Shown here piece by piece: positions 10,845 to 22,979 of a DNA stretch of 64,000 bases (positions are counted from its first letter, which is position 1; every line of letters begins with the position of its first letter). The position numbers and the translations under genes were made by a program. This stretch comes from Schmidtea polychroa. Its lineage: Eukaryota. Location: positions 43,152,001-43,216,000 of the forward strand of contig CM097885.1 of NCBI GenBank assembly GCA_044892525.1, written 5' to 3'. The notes under the pieces were generated by a model. That model was not told the DNA's origin. It ran no database searches and saw only the letters and a program-made list of their open reading frames with translations.

Positions 10845-12071
10845 GATTACTAGACAGTGCTTAGCCTGACATCGATAACGGCTCGCTCTAAAATAGGAAA
10901 GTAATCATTTTCTGATAATGAGACGAATTACTTGTCATGAGCCCGAGAGAAACTGTCAATAGCGATAAGAGGAATCATCAGCTTGCTCTGGAGGCAGATA
11001 GATTCTCGACATAGCAGATCGGCCATAATAATCTGATAAAGACGCCAGCGCGTTGAGCGTGGGAGGTAGTCGGCGAGTAGTTGGGTAGACTGTCGCTATC
11101 AGAATGTCAACACCATAGAGAAAATCTGAAATTATAAAATTAATCTTATCAATTAGGATCGCGACTAACTTACGCCATAAGAATTAGGAGTCTGCTGGAA
11201 TATCACCCAACTACTAGACGTGCCTAAAAAATCGGCCGAGGTGCTTATGCCAAAAATTATTATACACCACAACAAGCATGTGTCACACTGACTCGAAGCG
11301 TATAGAGAATAATTAACATCGCAATTACGTAATCGTATCCAGGGAAATCCCGTGGATGTGTGTACCAGTGAGCAGATTGTGTCATCATGAAATGGCTAGA
11401 CTATCAAGAGTAATAAAAGTACAGCATATAGTTTTAGTGCACGCCTGCATCGCAATACCTTAGCCCTTATGCATTAGCCAAGTAGATGATGATATTTATG
11501 CACACACGCGTACTGTCTAGTGTTGTCATGACACTCTCACAGCAAAAATTTAAATTGAACTCAAAATTATAATTTACGATAGGAGTTTAATTAAATATAT
11601 TCTAATCTTCTTCTAACTCCGATCGGCTTTAGCATAACACAAGAAGCATCTGCGACGCCGAAGTCTTCGTTCATACGGCTACCCGTGCCTAAGTTCCTAA
11701 AACATAGTAGCGAGGAACTAAACGAGAACCATTAGATAATATGAAATATAATAAAGACGTTGGAATTCACATTAGTCGATTGACAAAGAGAACTAAGGAA
11801 AAATAGTCAACCCGTAAAATAAACCGATCATTGAAGTTACGATAAATAAATTTGGTCTGAGGTTCCCGTTTTCCGCTGGTAAAAGTGCGATAATCGAGTG
11901 AGTGAACGTGAATGTTTGAGATTTAATGAATGTGGGTATTGACCAACGGCACGAATGTGTAGATCACTATTAAATAGCTTCATTGGGAAAATTATAAACC
12001 TCGAAGTTGAGAATGTAAAAATATTCCAGCGAATGTTACAATTAAAAAATAAAAATTTCTTAAATCTTTAG

Positions 12072-12839
12072 ATGAATACATCAACCAGTTCTGGGAAAAC
12101 TCGTCATTCTTGTTTCTCCTGCGCCGATAAAAATGCGGATATCGCGCAGCTCCAACTATATATCGGGGAATTGAAAAAGAGGATTGACACCTATGAAAGG
12201 ACGTGGTTCTCCCCGCCACAAATGAAAGAAGAAAGGAGCAAGATCTTGCGACTGGAGCACTGTCGAGACAGTCTCCTGGAAGAAAGTAGGTGTCAGAGGC
12301 TGACCATAAAAGCCCAATCTGAGGCACTTCACAAAGTATATTCAGAATCCGAAATAGCGAAACGAGTTCGCGAATATCCAATACAAGATGGGACTAACGT
12401 GTTCCCAGTGCACCACCAATCTTCGGGGACATCAACAACCGGTTGTAAGGGGCATGGCCCACATCTACCACCAATTCCCGCTCCAGTTCTCTCGGGCTAT
12501 AGACCTATGGCAGGTGGCCCATCGGATCCTATCTTGGCCCCGATTCTCGTATCACAACCTATCGCGCAATCCCCAGCAGAAACCACGTTGCAATCTCGGA
12601 AGCGAAAAAGGCCGACGCGCTCTGAGAAAAACCAAAAGCGCAGGAACGCCATCGCGGCGCTAGAGGCGTCGTTGTCAGTGGCACAATCCAAAATCAACGA
12701 AATATCTTCCACACATTCAATACCGGCCAAAGAGATCTTCAAAATAGTTCCGGCAGAAGGGATTAAATACGTCTCTGACCATTACTTACCTGTCGACATT
12801 GACGAGATGATCGCTGAAGGCGATGGCTTTGGGGAATAA
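12072..12839 (+). CDS. Orphan 255-aa protein (CxxC, coiled-coil-like, Pro-rich, basic NLS-like RKRKRP..KRR)
   Basis: Uninterrupted ORF in GC-balanced DNA; homolog at 14106-14408 supports real coding history; TTTAG acceptor abuts the ATG. Confidence 0.7.
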   Translation: MNTSTSSGKTRHSCFSCADKNADIAQLQLYIGELKKRIDTYERTWFSPPQMKEERSKILRLEHCRDSLLEESRCQRLTIKAQSEALHKVYSESEIAKRVREYPIQDGTNVFPVHHQSSGTSTTGCKGHGPHLPPIPAPVLSGYRPMAGGPSDPILAPILVSQPIAQSPAETTLQSRKRKRPTRSEKNQKRRNAIAALEASLSVAQSKINEISSTHSIPAKEIFKIVPAEGIKYVSDHYLPVDIDEMIAEGDGFGE

Positions 12840-14105
12840 CTGTGATCGGTCACGATCCTTTGCTGATGAACTGATATTGTAAAACCTAACGGTGTAATAT
12901 GTAAATGTTGTATGAATCCATGTGTTGATGTGGTGAATGATTTTTCGTAATAATTTAATGTTTAATACAAGTTTTTGACTTCTTTTGGTTATTATTAACG
13001 CGTACGACTCGTAATCTGTTTAAATGCAAGCGCGTTGGGGAAGGATGATGATTAAGGTACGGTCACCCCTTGGACCAGGGTTGGACCGAGTATAAGTGTG
13101 GAAATGGGTAAGTCCTTCCAAGGCACCTAGGAACCTGAACCGAGAAGGGGTTAGGAGTAGTCTTAAGGTAGAGGCTCACCTGCTAACCTTTTCCGACCCG
13201 GGTGGGCAGCACCAACGCGGAACATCACCACGGGCTCATGCGTGGGAATATTAGCAAGATCATGTGGATGTATGTCGGGAAAAGGCCGAATTGAACGATG
13301 ACGATTTGAGTGTTTGATAATGATGTTGATCTTTCCCCCTACATACGCCAACAAGATTATTGAGCACTCATTTGTGAAATGATGAATTATTTGCATCAAT
13401 TTTTCGATTCAGAAATAATAAAAATTTCGTACAGCTGCATTTTTTAAATCTGGAGACTAATTATAAATATTGTTTTAATTACTAACTGTATATAAATAAA
13501 AGATTTAAAATGATTAATTAATGTTAAAATACTTTTTGACTGCGGCCTTATTTGAAAGCGACAATTTTCAATGTGGCCTACGGAAATAAAAAGGTTTCCT
13601 ACCCTTGTCCTAATACCTTTTAATGAACTTCGTTTAATTTTGATAATTTATTAGTAATTTTTTGTAAGTCTGAAAGTTTATCATTTAACTAATTGGAAAA
13701 TCAATTTTTCAATGACAGATTTAGAATTTACAGAGCATGGAATATTTGACAAAACGCGAAAAGGTAAGAGAAATAAATGTTTGGTATCAATACCATATAA
13801 AATTAGAGATTCTAGATTTTCACTTGATGGATTTAGCATTGTAAAGCACCTGATCTTATACAAAAGTTAGATGATAAATTTTATAGAAAGATAACTGTTA
13901 ATTTAAAAATATTCAAAACATTTAAAATAATGGTAAATAAAAAACCGAAGAAAATGAAAAAGGCTCTAAAATTGAGCGTTTCAAAAAACCTGTTGGGCTG
14001 AATAGTGCAATTCAGATTTAGAAAAAATTAAGTAAATTAAACAAGCTTCAAATGAATAACTTTATAAAAAACGTAGCTTACATAACAGAGAAATAGTACT
14101 AAACT

Positions 14106-14408
14106 ATGTGCAAGGAAAACTGTGTTGTTGAGCATGGTTGTATAACCTGACACGCGGGACTCCAGTTCCTTTGCCGTATACAGCGGATACAGAGACTTAG
14201 ATTGCTCCCGTAGTAGAGTCAATTGTGCTCAATTTTCAGTACTGAGACTGTCACGGCAGTTCTCAAGACGGTGCAGCAGTTAGTTTTTCTCCTTCATCTG
14301 GAGTGGTGAGAACCATGTGCCATCCAGACGGTCAATCTTAGCTTTGAGTAGTGAATTGTATTCCCTGACGAGTGCTAGTTTTGAGTTCTTGCCGGAACAA
14401 GTAGTCAT
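14106..14408 (-). pseudogene. Diverged paralog of the N-terminal part of the 12072 orphan ORF, two in-frame stops
   Basis: MTTCSGKN...TWFSPLQMKE..*..RLENCRDSL..*...RVSGY...VFLAH; 39/101 identical, ungapped (manual count). Confidence 0.85.
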
Positions 14409-15239
14409 GATACCTACAAATGAAAAGGAAGGAAAATTAAGAAAGTATTAGCAAATCATATGAGACTGTTGTTAATTTCAGTTAGTAATTTTATGTAATG
14501 ATGTAATCTGACGTCTCTCGGGGAGTATCCAGGTGCACTGATGATGGAGTCGCCGGAAAATGATTTTCATTATATGGCTAATGAGTAGGATATCACTTAC
14601 GCGTGACTGGTCACAGAGTACTGGAAGTAGCAATATCAGAATGAAAATCCTATACTGATAATAAGAAACCCACACGTAGGAATAGAAGAGGTGATAACGA
14701 GGGATTTCATTATTTTACTATACTTCGTCGTCATTTTATTTTTGACCAAAAAATACCTCATTCGGATGGTTCCATTTCGTTTCAAGTTAGACTAAGGTCG
14801 GTCGATGGATGAGAAGGAGAATTGTAAAAGGAAAACAAATTTAAGTTCATATAATTTCAACAGGTTTATGGCCAGTATTATTCTGGGTATTTCAATTTGG
14901 AAATTATAATACTCTTATTATTATCATTATTATGAAGATTCTAATCTAAAAATTATACAATTTTAATATGTTCATTTTTAATTTTATTGTGGGTAGTTAA
15001 CTTTCTATAGTTAGATTGTGCTAAAGGTCAATATTCTGAATATATACCGCAAATATGCTATACCTTGTGAATTAGTGCGTGTTAGTGGAATAGGTGAGTA
15101 ACGTTCGATGCCGCACGATGAATTTAATAAAAAAATATTGGAACAATTATAGTAAAGTATGAAAATGGAATATGGAGTCGCGGTTCTTAGCATTCTCGCA
15201 AACAAGTGGATCATCGCACCAGTGACTGGAGTGGTACCG

Positions 15240-15740
15240 TGACAATCATTTCCAAATATTTAGACGTAACGATAATGCACCAACAACGAAAAACTAATAA
15301 TACTTTATCGCCATGGCATCATTGCGGTGTGAACATTTCATTCCACTGAAGCAAACACATGTGATGTGAGTAAATTACTTTTCCACGGGTATGGAGTGAT
15401 GTAAAAAGAACTATATTTTTACTCCTGAACTAGACAGACGACGGTCAACGGGGTGTTTGTAGTGGAAAGCTGGTTCTCCGCGTTAAAAATATAAAGGTTA
15501 ATGCCTAACAATGATGATATAAAAAGTGGTGATAATACTACTGATTCTATTAAATCTATATTGTATACTGTCGTTCTAAACGGATAGTTGCTGGTGTCTC
15601 TAATACCAAAAAATAGACGTTATCTATGTCTCTGACAATTTGGTAACTTTTATATTGATTGAGCTTACTAAAGAAAAATGGGGGTTGCACTTATTCAGTT
15701 CTCCACAGGCTCTCCTTGTTGTGATCAGCTGACTTCGTGA
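15240..15740 (+). mobile_element. Possible second, internally deleted APE endonuclease remnant
   Basis: Ordered LKQTH (15346), GQRGV (15443), IYIVY (15556), IVAGVSN (15584), KIDVIYVS (15611); two spacings too short. Confidence 0.4.
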
Positions 15741-16118
15741 CGATTGTGCCATGGTAGCTTGTAGGGACTATGCCATGAGTATTCTGGTGACATTTGCGAT
15801 CATTCCGCCTGCACTAAGTAGGTTATCACACTAATAAAACATTTTAAAAATTGAATAAAACTCTAGAGGCGACCGCGGCGAGATCCCTGTTTAGACGGCT
15901 CTCGCCGATGTCATCCTGCTGCTAGTGAGCTTGCATTGTCAAGGGACCTGTGAGAAAGCAACTCGTACCTTCTCTTCCGCCTCTGTACTATACCCACTCC
16001 ACTAAGTCATAAATGATAAAAATTGAAATATAATGACTACAAATACTATAAAACTGAAATCTTAAAATTTAAATGTAACACTTAAACGAGAAAGATCGAA
16101 TAGCTTTTTGTTTAAAAT

Positions 16119-16880
16119 TTTTAATTAAATAACAAATAAACATTACTAATGTCATATCAATCATATAAAACAATAAAATTACCTATTTGAAATAAACTTC
16201 TGCTACATATCAATGGAAAATGGACATGACCAATAGCCGCATTACTTTAATTATCATTAGATATAGTCATTTATATAAAATAATAATAAATAATTTTATT
16301 TAACTTCTATTTCTATTATAGATGACAATATTATTGCAATATGTGCTTTTTTATTCTAACATTGTGTTTTTTTTTTTAATTAAATAACAAATAAACATTA
16401 CTAATGTCATATCAATCATATAAAACAATAAAATTACCTATTTGAAATAAACTTCTGCTACATATCAATGGAAAATGGACATGACCAATAGCCGCATTAC
16501 TTTAATTATCATTAGATATAGTCATTTATATAAAATAATAATAAATAATTTTATTTAACTTCTATTTCTATTATAGATGACAATATTATTGCAATATGTG
16601 CTTTTTTATTCTAACATTGTGTTTTTTTTTTTTAATTAAATAACAAATAAACATTACTAATGTCATATCAATCATATAAAACAATAAAATTACCTATTTG
16701 AAATAAACTTCTGCTACATATCAATGGAAAATGGACATGACCAATAGCCGCATTACTTTAATTATCATTAGATATAGTCATTTATATAAAATAATAATAA
16801 ATAATTTTATTTAACTTCTATTTCTATTATAGATGACAATATTATTGCAATATGTGCTTTTTTATTCTAACATTGTGTTT
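16119..16880. repeat. Three near-perfect tandem copies of a 255-256-bp AT-rich unit
   Basis: TTAATTAAATAACAAATAAAC at 16121, 16376, 16632; copies differ mainly in T-run length. Confidence 0.95.
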
Positions 16881-17917
16881 GACTTTGATCTTATATAGTT
16901 AGCATAAATAATTAATTAAATTGAAAAGATTATCTCCTTAAGAATCAGTCATATTAAAATTAGTAATTTAAAAATAAATGTTGATTAAATTATGATACCA
17001 TTATCATTTTGAAGCAAAAGAAAGTTACCTCCTTAGAAAATTTTTTAAACATTTCAACAAATTTAACTAAATAAATAAATAAATGAAAAATTTTGTAAAA
17101 TAACTGGCGATATAATGCAAATGATTTTAATCTGATTTTGTCAACATGATCGCAGATGATTCAACAGGGAATACAAACCGCTTAATCTCAAAATGTTATC
17201 GAACTGTCTAGAATTCGTTTTATCGGAGGTTCTTATCATAGAAGTTGAGGTCGATGGAGACGACTAGGAAATTTAGTACATACCAAAATATGAAGGGACA
17301 AGAGAAAACGAGCACGACACCTTCTACGGGAGCCTATGAACCCAGCGGCTCGTTGGGTCATTAGCATTAAATAAATAGATGAGGTCGTGGGAAACGAAGC
17401 TTTGAGGAATATGTACGGATCGGAAAAGATGACTAGTAATGAAAGTATTTTGTTTGTTTAGATAAATAATTAATTCATTTAATAATCATGACAAAATTTT
17501 AAGGAATCAATCGGAGTACCCATTTCCAGTTTTCATAGTTAATAATTCTTAATTTTACTTTTAGTCTATTTTAGGAAAAGATTGAAATTAGGAAGTAAAT
17601 ACCAAACAGGATACCGGACGAAGGAAAGTCGATAAATTGAAGTGGATTCTCCGAGAATTTCGAGAGCAACCCGGGAAGCAGTGAATCATTTAATTATTAT
17701 GTTTGTCTTCAAAAATAAAATTTCTGTAATTGATATTTTATCTTTGTAATTGTTCAAAATGTCGTTTTGACCATAATTTAAATGAATAGTTCTTCACATT
17801 ATAAAATTAATAACTAAGCAATAAACAATCTAATCTCATTCGGCTTTAAAATGCAATAAAATTTACAGTCTGAACGTTTGGATTTAAAAGTTCGTGAAAA
17901 AGTTCTTTAACTATTAG

Positions 17918-20810
17918 CATAGGCGGAGCTGCTATGTGGATGCTGTACATGCTTCGACTTACAGACTAATCCAACGGCGTATGCTGAATATACAGTATAC
18001 AGAGTAAACGAAGCCATCAGTTGAAAGATTTATATTAAATGTGCAGTCTCAGCATTAGTTTGACAAACAAATGAACTAGAATTGTTGTACTCTGAAAATA
18101 TAACCTGTAATATGATATAGAAGCATGACTCAACCCGACGGGCTGCAGTTGAACCAGTTAATTTTCCACATGGAGCAGACTACAAACCTTTTACAAATCT
18201 GCTAAGAGCCTAGGAGGGAACAAGGCCTCTTTTTTATTTGTATTTTGTGAAAAACTTATAGACGCAGTTTAGCCTACTCTGACCTTGTGGTAGGGCTTAA
18301 TAGTGCAGATGCTGATATGAAGCCTGCATTTATTTTCTTTGACTGAAGTCTGAATGTAAATTTTGAGTGCCTGGAGACTGAAAAAAAGTGTCAATTCATT
18401 TTTATGACGTTGCATATTTAATTTAATTTAGCATTACACAGTCTTACAGCCGTTGCGCCGTTAATGTTACAGACGGTAAAAAACGTTCAATTTTAAATAT
18501 GATAAATAAATATCATGCTTGGAGACATCAGATCATTTTGATGACACAGCTTTTATATCAAGTTCAGATGCAAATCAGCGAGTCAATACACCAACCTCAG
18601 ACGTCTTTGTTGTCAAAAATTCAGCAAATGAACAGAATAAAGAAGTTAGAGGACATTTCCAAAGGAAAAATGCATGTACCTGTAAAACTGAAATCATATA
18701 TTTGATATGAATGTTGTTTCAAAGTTGTTTTTAACGGAATTTCATTGGTTGGAATATTCTGTCCATCAGGATGCTGTATATTGCTTTTGTTGTCCTTACT
18801 GAAACAAAGGAGGTTCTCTCTTTTCTGAACCTAAAGGATTTTCTGATTGGCAGCACGCGACCAAACAAAAATTTGGACTAAGTCTTCACAATTCATCAGT
18901 TGATCATCTGCACTGCCTGACAGAATGGGATCAATTTAAAATTCGAGAAAAAGGAGGAAAACAAAGTTGTTAATTTGATTGACAAGGCTGCCGTTACACT
19001 GTGTGAGCAAAACAGGAACTACATAAAAACAATAGCAGAGATTATTTTATTCTATGCTAAACAAGAAATCTCTTTGCGTGGACACGACGAGAGTGGTGAC
19101 CCGGAAAAAAAGAGGAATTTTTTTGGAATTCATCGATGTTATCAGCCGTCATGATGATAAATGTGCAGCTCGATTGGTTCATTGTCCGAAAATGCTAGTT
19201 ATCTATTGCCAGCAATTCAGAACAATATCGCTCTTTGTATAGCCACTTACATTTCCGACGTAACGTCAAAGGCCATATAAGAAGAGGGTATGTTTTCACT
19301 TTTAGTTGACGACACAAAAGATGTTAGTTAAACTGAGCAGACATCCATACTGTTACGATATTTTGATAAGTCTACAATTCGCATTTACGAGCATTTTTTT
19401 GGCTTTTTTCAACCGAATAGCCTTGATGCTTGATCTCTCGCAAACTGTATCACTGAAGCACTAAACAAACCTAAAGTTAATATAACTAATTCCATCGGAG
19501 TTCAGTGGGAAATTCTAGATTTGGTCCCGCATGCAGTTTATGTTCATTGCTTTGCACATAAAGTTAATATTGTGTTGGTAAATGTTTGTAAAAATGAACC
19601 GATCGCTCGTGATTCTGTTGATCTTGTTCAGTCGTTGTATGTTTATATGTCATCAGCTGTACCTCATGCACGGTTTTGTACAACACAAGCTGGAATGGAT
19701 TACAATAACGTTGTGATTAAACTGAAAGAATAATAGACACACATTGGACATGTCAATACGCAACAATTGATAGTATTCAAAAAACAGTCACTGCAATCTT
19801 GAAAACACTTAATGAACTTTCAGTTGCAGGGGTGACAGGGCACCCATAGCACTTGGATTATTGCATCAAATTCAAAATTTTAAGTTTATTTTATCATTGG
19901 AACTGTTTCTCTCTTTATTTAAACAAACTAATACTCTTGCAGAAACATTTCAAAATTCGTTGGTTTTGTTAGGCACAGCACAGAAACTTGTTTCTACTGT
20001 TTGATTGAATTGCAAGATTTCAGAGACAACAGTATTGCATGGGATGAAATAGGAGCTGCTTCTGTTAGCATTTGCAAAGCACACTCATTTCCGATGGAAT
20101 ACGAGGTTTTGCTTAGTGAAGGACTAAGTCCACGGGGTCAGCGCAGATTACCTATAGGTTTGAGTGAATTTATGGTTGAGGTACCTGTCGAACAGCAGAC
20201 TGGTATTCTCGCAACATCAAATTCCCCGATTTGGACAGAATGCTACTTGAGCTAAAGCGTCGTTTTGCACCTGTCAATGAAGTCATACAGTGGAGTTAAT
20301 GCACCATTACCGACATCAGAATCGTTTCTCTAATTGTCAGTAGTGGAACCATTTGCCATGCACTACAAAACCATCATCTTTGATTCGCCAGATAACAACG
20401 TCACACACTTCAGAGTCGAAGTAACAACAGCAAAGTTTCTAATTGATGACATGAAAAAAGAACCATCGGTCGATAAAAAGAAGTTATTTTCGATTGTTGA
20501 CGTGTACGTATGGCTCTTTCAAAATGTTGATGAGCTTACAACAAATAAGTATAACCAGTGGTGAGCTGTGAAAAAAACAACAAATGGCCCGCAAAAAAAA
20601 TTTAGGTGTTTTTCGTCCAGAAAAAAATGCATTTTTAGTAAAATAGGTAATTATAAAATTATAAAAAGCATGGTAATTATAAAATTTCGTTAAACAACGT
20701 AAAATCTTCTATTAGTAGCGTATCACACGAAATGATGATTGGTTACTTTGGTAACGGGAATCATCTGTTCACTATCCTCTTTATGCAGGACCCACATAGT
20801 CTATAATAGA
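17918..20810 (+). mobile_element. Degenerate hAT (ZMYM1-like/Tip100 group) transposon
   Basis: Fragments KQEISLRGHDES, FSLLVDDTKDVS..EQ, YVHCFAHKVNIVL; left end CATAGGCGGAGCTGCTATGTGG; right end only partly matches (CCACATAG, 20792). Confidence 0.85.
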
Positions 20811-21356
20811 AATTCTATTAGTACATTCCAGGTAACAAACAATAGTAATTAAAGAGAAGTGAATCATTCATTACTTAACAAAATTATCAATATTCAATAA
20901 TTACTAATTAATCGATAACAAATAATATAACAGCAATAAATCAATCTTATTTCTAAATCCACTATAAAAAATCTTTATTATCACAATGCAAATTCTATTT
21001 CTTTGTAAAAAGTTGTCATTATTAACACAAAAATCCTATATTAAATTCAATCTAGATTGTTAAATAATATCCAAAATAAATGATAGTATTTCACAGCAAA
21101 GGGCTTATATTATCATTAAATTAACTTAACCACGAAATCATCCCTTTATGATATCCAAAATATTTATAAGGGAAATTTAATAAAAACAGAACTTCAATTC
21201 GCAATAAAACAATTAATATTATAATACATTAATTTTCACTGTTATTGATGCTTTAGTAAGGTGTGATACGATTCAAATTCTTTTCATTGTGAATAGGACC
21301 TCCTGGCAGTAATTCTAAATTTATAACTAATTAAATCTCGAATTGAATTATGATCA

Positions 21357-22206
21357 TTAAACATCGAGATCTGATTTTGTGAAAGAATCAATTGATAAAA
21401 TAGAATGCGGATTAGTAAAGTATTTTTGATTACCTTGCCCATTTGCTTCTTCAACTTTTAACCATTCTGTTGGAGCTGGAGGTGGAACAAATCTTGGATT
21501 ACCTCGTACAGCGTTTCCCCTTCTACTTCCACCCCGCTGGACACCTCTGATTGGTGTAGTGTACACACGCGGAGTCATATTATATTCTCCACTTACCTGA
21601 ACTGCATTTTGATTATTAGGATCCACAGTAGGATAACTGAACGGAAGATTCTATAAATTAATATTTATTTACTATAATAACAAAGCCATCATACAAATGT
21701 CAAGCACTTCTGTACTTCAGCAACTGCGTGAGATAATTTATAATATGCCTCAGCTGGTGTTCCTAAACTGTCTATCTGTAAATGTAATTTTTCAGTGTGA
21801 TCGAAAATAGGAATATGTTTTTGCTTTTGATTATCAATCCCACGTATTGTCATTTTAGTGTTAGTCTGTTCTTGAATACTTTTTAAAGTGCTTGCACCAG
21901 GTCCAAGTAATTTTCCAACAAAATTAGTCGTTGGATACTGATCAGCGGGTATATCAACTTTAGCTCTGACTTTCACTTTTTTATTTAATATTAAATCTAC
22001 AAAATCAGCTATTCCTCCTCTCAACCTGTCAATTTCTGATATTTATAAAAATTAAAATCTTAATTAAATAGCATACCATAAGCTCCAAGACTAGACAAAA
22101 TAGGACAATTTAGGGCTTTAATAATTTCTAATTCATTCTGAATTGCAATTATTTGGTGATCATCAATAAATGGTTTTGAAATTTTTGATTCTGGAGCATC
22201 TGCCAT
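21357..22206 (-). CDS. KHDRBS: STAR-family KH protein (KHDRBS/Sam68-like), 3 exons, 254 aa
   Basis: Exons 22206-22077, 22035-21695, 21650-21357; GT-AG introns 41 and 44 bp keep frame; KVDIPADQYPTTNFVGKLLGPGASTLKSIQEQT, YYKLSHAVAEVQKCL, RG-rich tail. Symbol is family-level. Confidence 0.82.
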
Positions 22207-22979
22207 TTTAAAATAATTAAATATGAAATCAACGATATGTAATTTAAAACAAAGACAATTGCAAATTTTGTATTAGTAATTAGTTTAGTAATTAAAATTT
22301 ATTTTGGTAAAAAATAAAAGATTTAAATGGATAAATAAGTTTAAGCAGTTGTTCATGTATAAATATATTAATTAGGTCCATATTAGCTAAAATAACATTT
22401 GAAAAAGTATTTCCTATAATTTGTTTTAAATAAAAACCATTGACCTACAATGGAAACGAAATGAGGTTAAAGGAAATTCTAAATTATGGTAACTGACATA
22501 TTGCTAAGTTGAAATAAACATAATTAATTTAGAAGAATTCAAGTTATAATTAAGAATTTTTACCAGTTTACAATCTATTATTAACATAAAATAAGTGTTT
22601 AAATATTAATAAAAGATAATTTAAATTAAAATAATCAGCAAGATTTCTAATTGTATATTATTAAATTGTTATTCGATCTTGGTAAGGTTTTGCTGAAACT
22701 ACATAAAATGTGAAAAATGTTACAAAGAAATTCGAATTTAATTTTTTTATTAACTTATTGATAAAAATCATTGAGAATGATGACATCGCCTTGTTTGTTT
22801 GCAAATTACTATAGTCGCAATTATTCAAACAAAATTGAACAAGATTTGTTGGCACCGGGTGCAGATGAAGAACATGGATTGACTCAAGATAATGTCTGTA
22901 AGTTGAAAGATATGAAAATATTAAAGGAGTTTGATAAAAACTGACCAAGTCGGTTAGACAATTGTGCAATGAGACAATG

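Larger units (their letters stand above)
8700..11529 (-). mobile_element. Degenerate APE-type (L1/Tx1-like) non-LTR retrotransposon remnant; RT not recognised
   Basis: Ordered, plausibly spaced APE-like motifs across frames from ATG 11529: IAMQACT (~QET), HGISL (~RGV.IL), SLYASS (~N.YAP), LVVG* (~GDFN), SRIYL (~RID), NDYFPI (~SDH); linker-like sequence continues to ~9100. Confidence 0.6.
7664..13607. mobile_element. hAT (Charlie-like) TIR-bounded 5.9 kb non-autonomous unit with nested cargo
   Basis: Left CAAGGGTGGGAACC (7664), right GGTTTCCTACCCTTG (13593-13607); 8-bp TSD TCCTAACA/TCCTAATA; no transposase inside. Confidence 0.75.

Noticed and set aside
11850-11870. TGGTCTGAGGTTCCCG as a PBS making the orphan ORF a gag
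   Set aside because: No recognisable tRNA match, no second LTR, no capsid or CCHC motif in the ORF
14535-14575. CTGATGA...GGAAAATGATTTTC hammerhead-like string
   Set aside because: Stem II only 2 bp and no stem I
17335-17360. Hairpin TGAACCCAGCG-GCT-CGTTGGGTCA as a Helitron 3' end
   Set aside because: No CTRR at the expected distance on either strand
20792-20822. Exact right TIR and TSD for the ZMYM1-like hAT
   Set aside because: Only 8 of 22 TIR bases match; TCTATTAG vs ACTATTAG may be chance in AT-rich DNA
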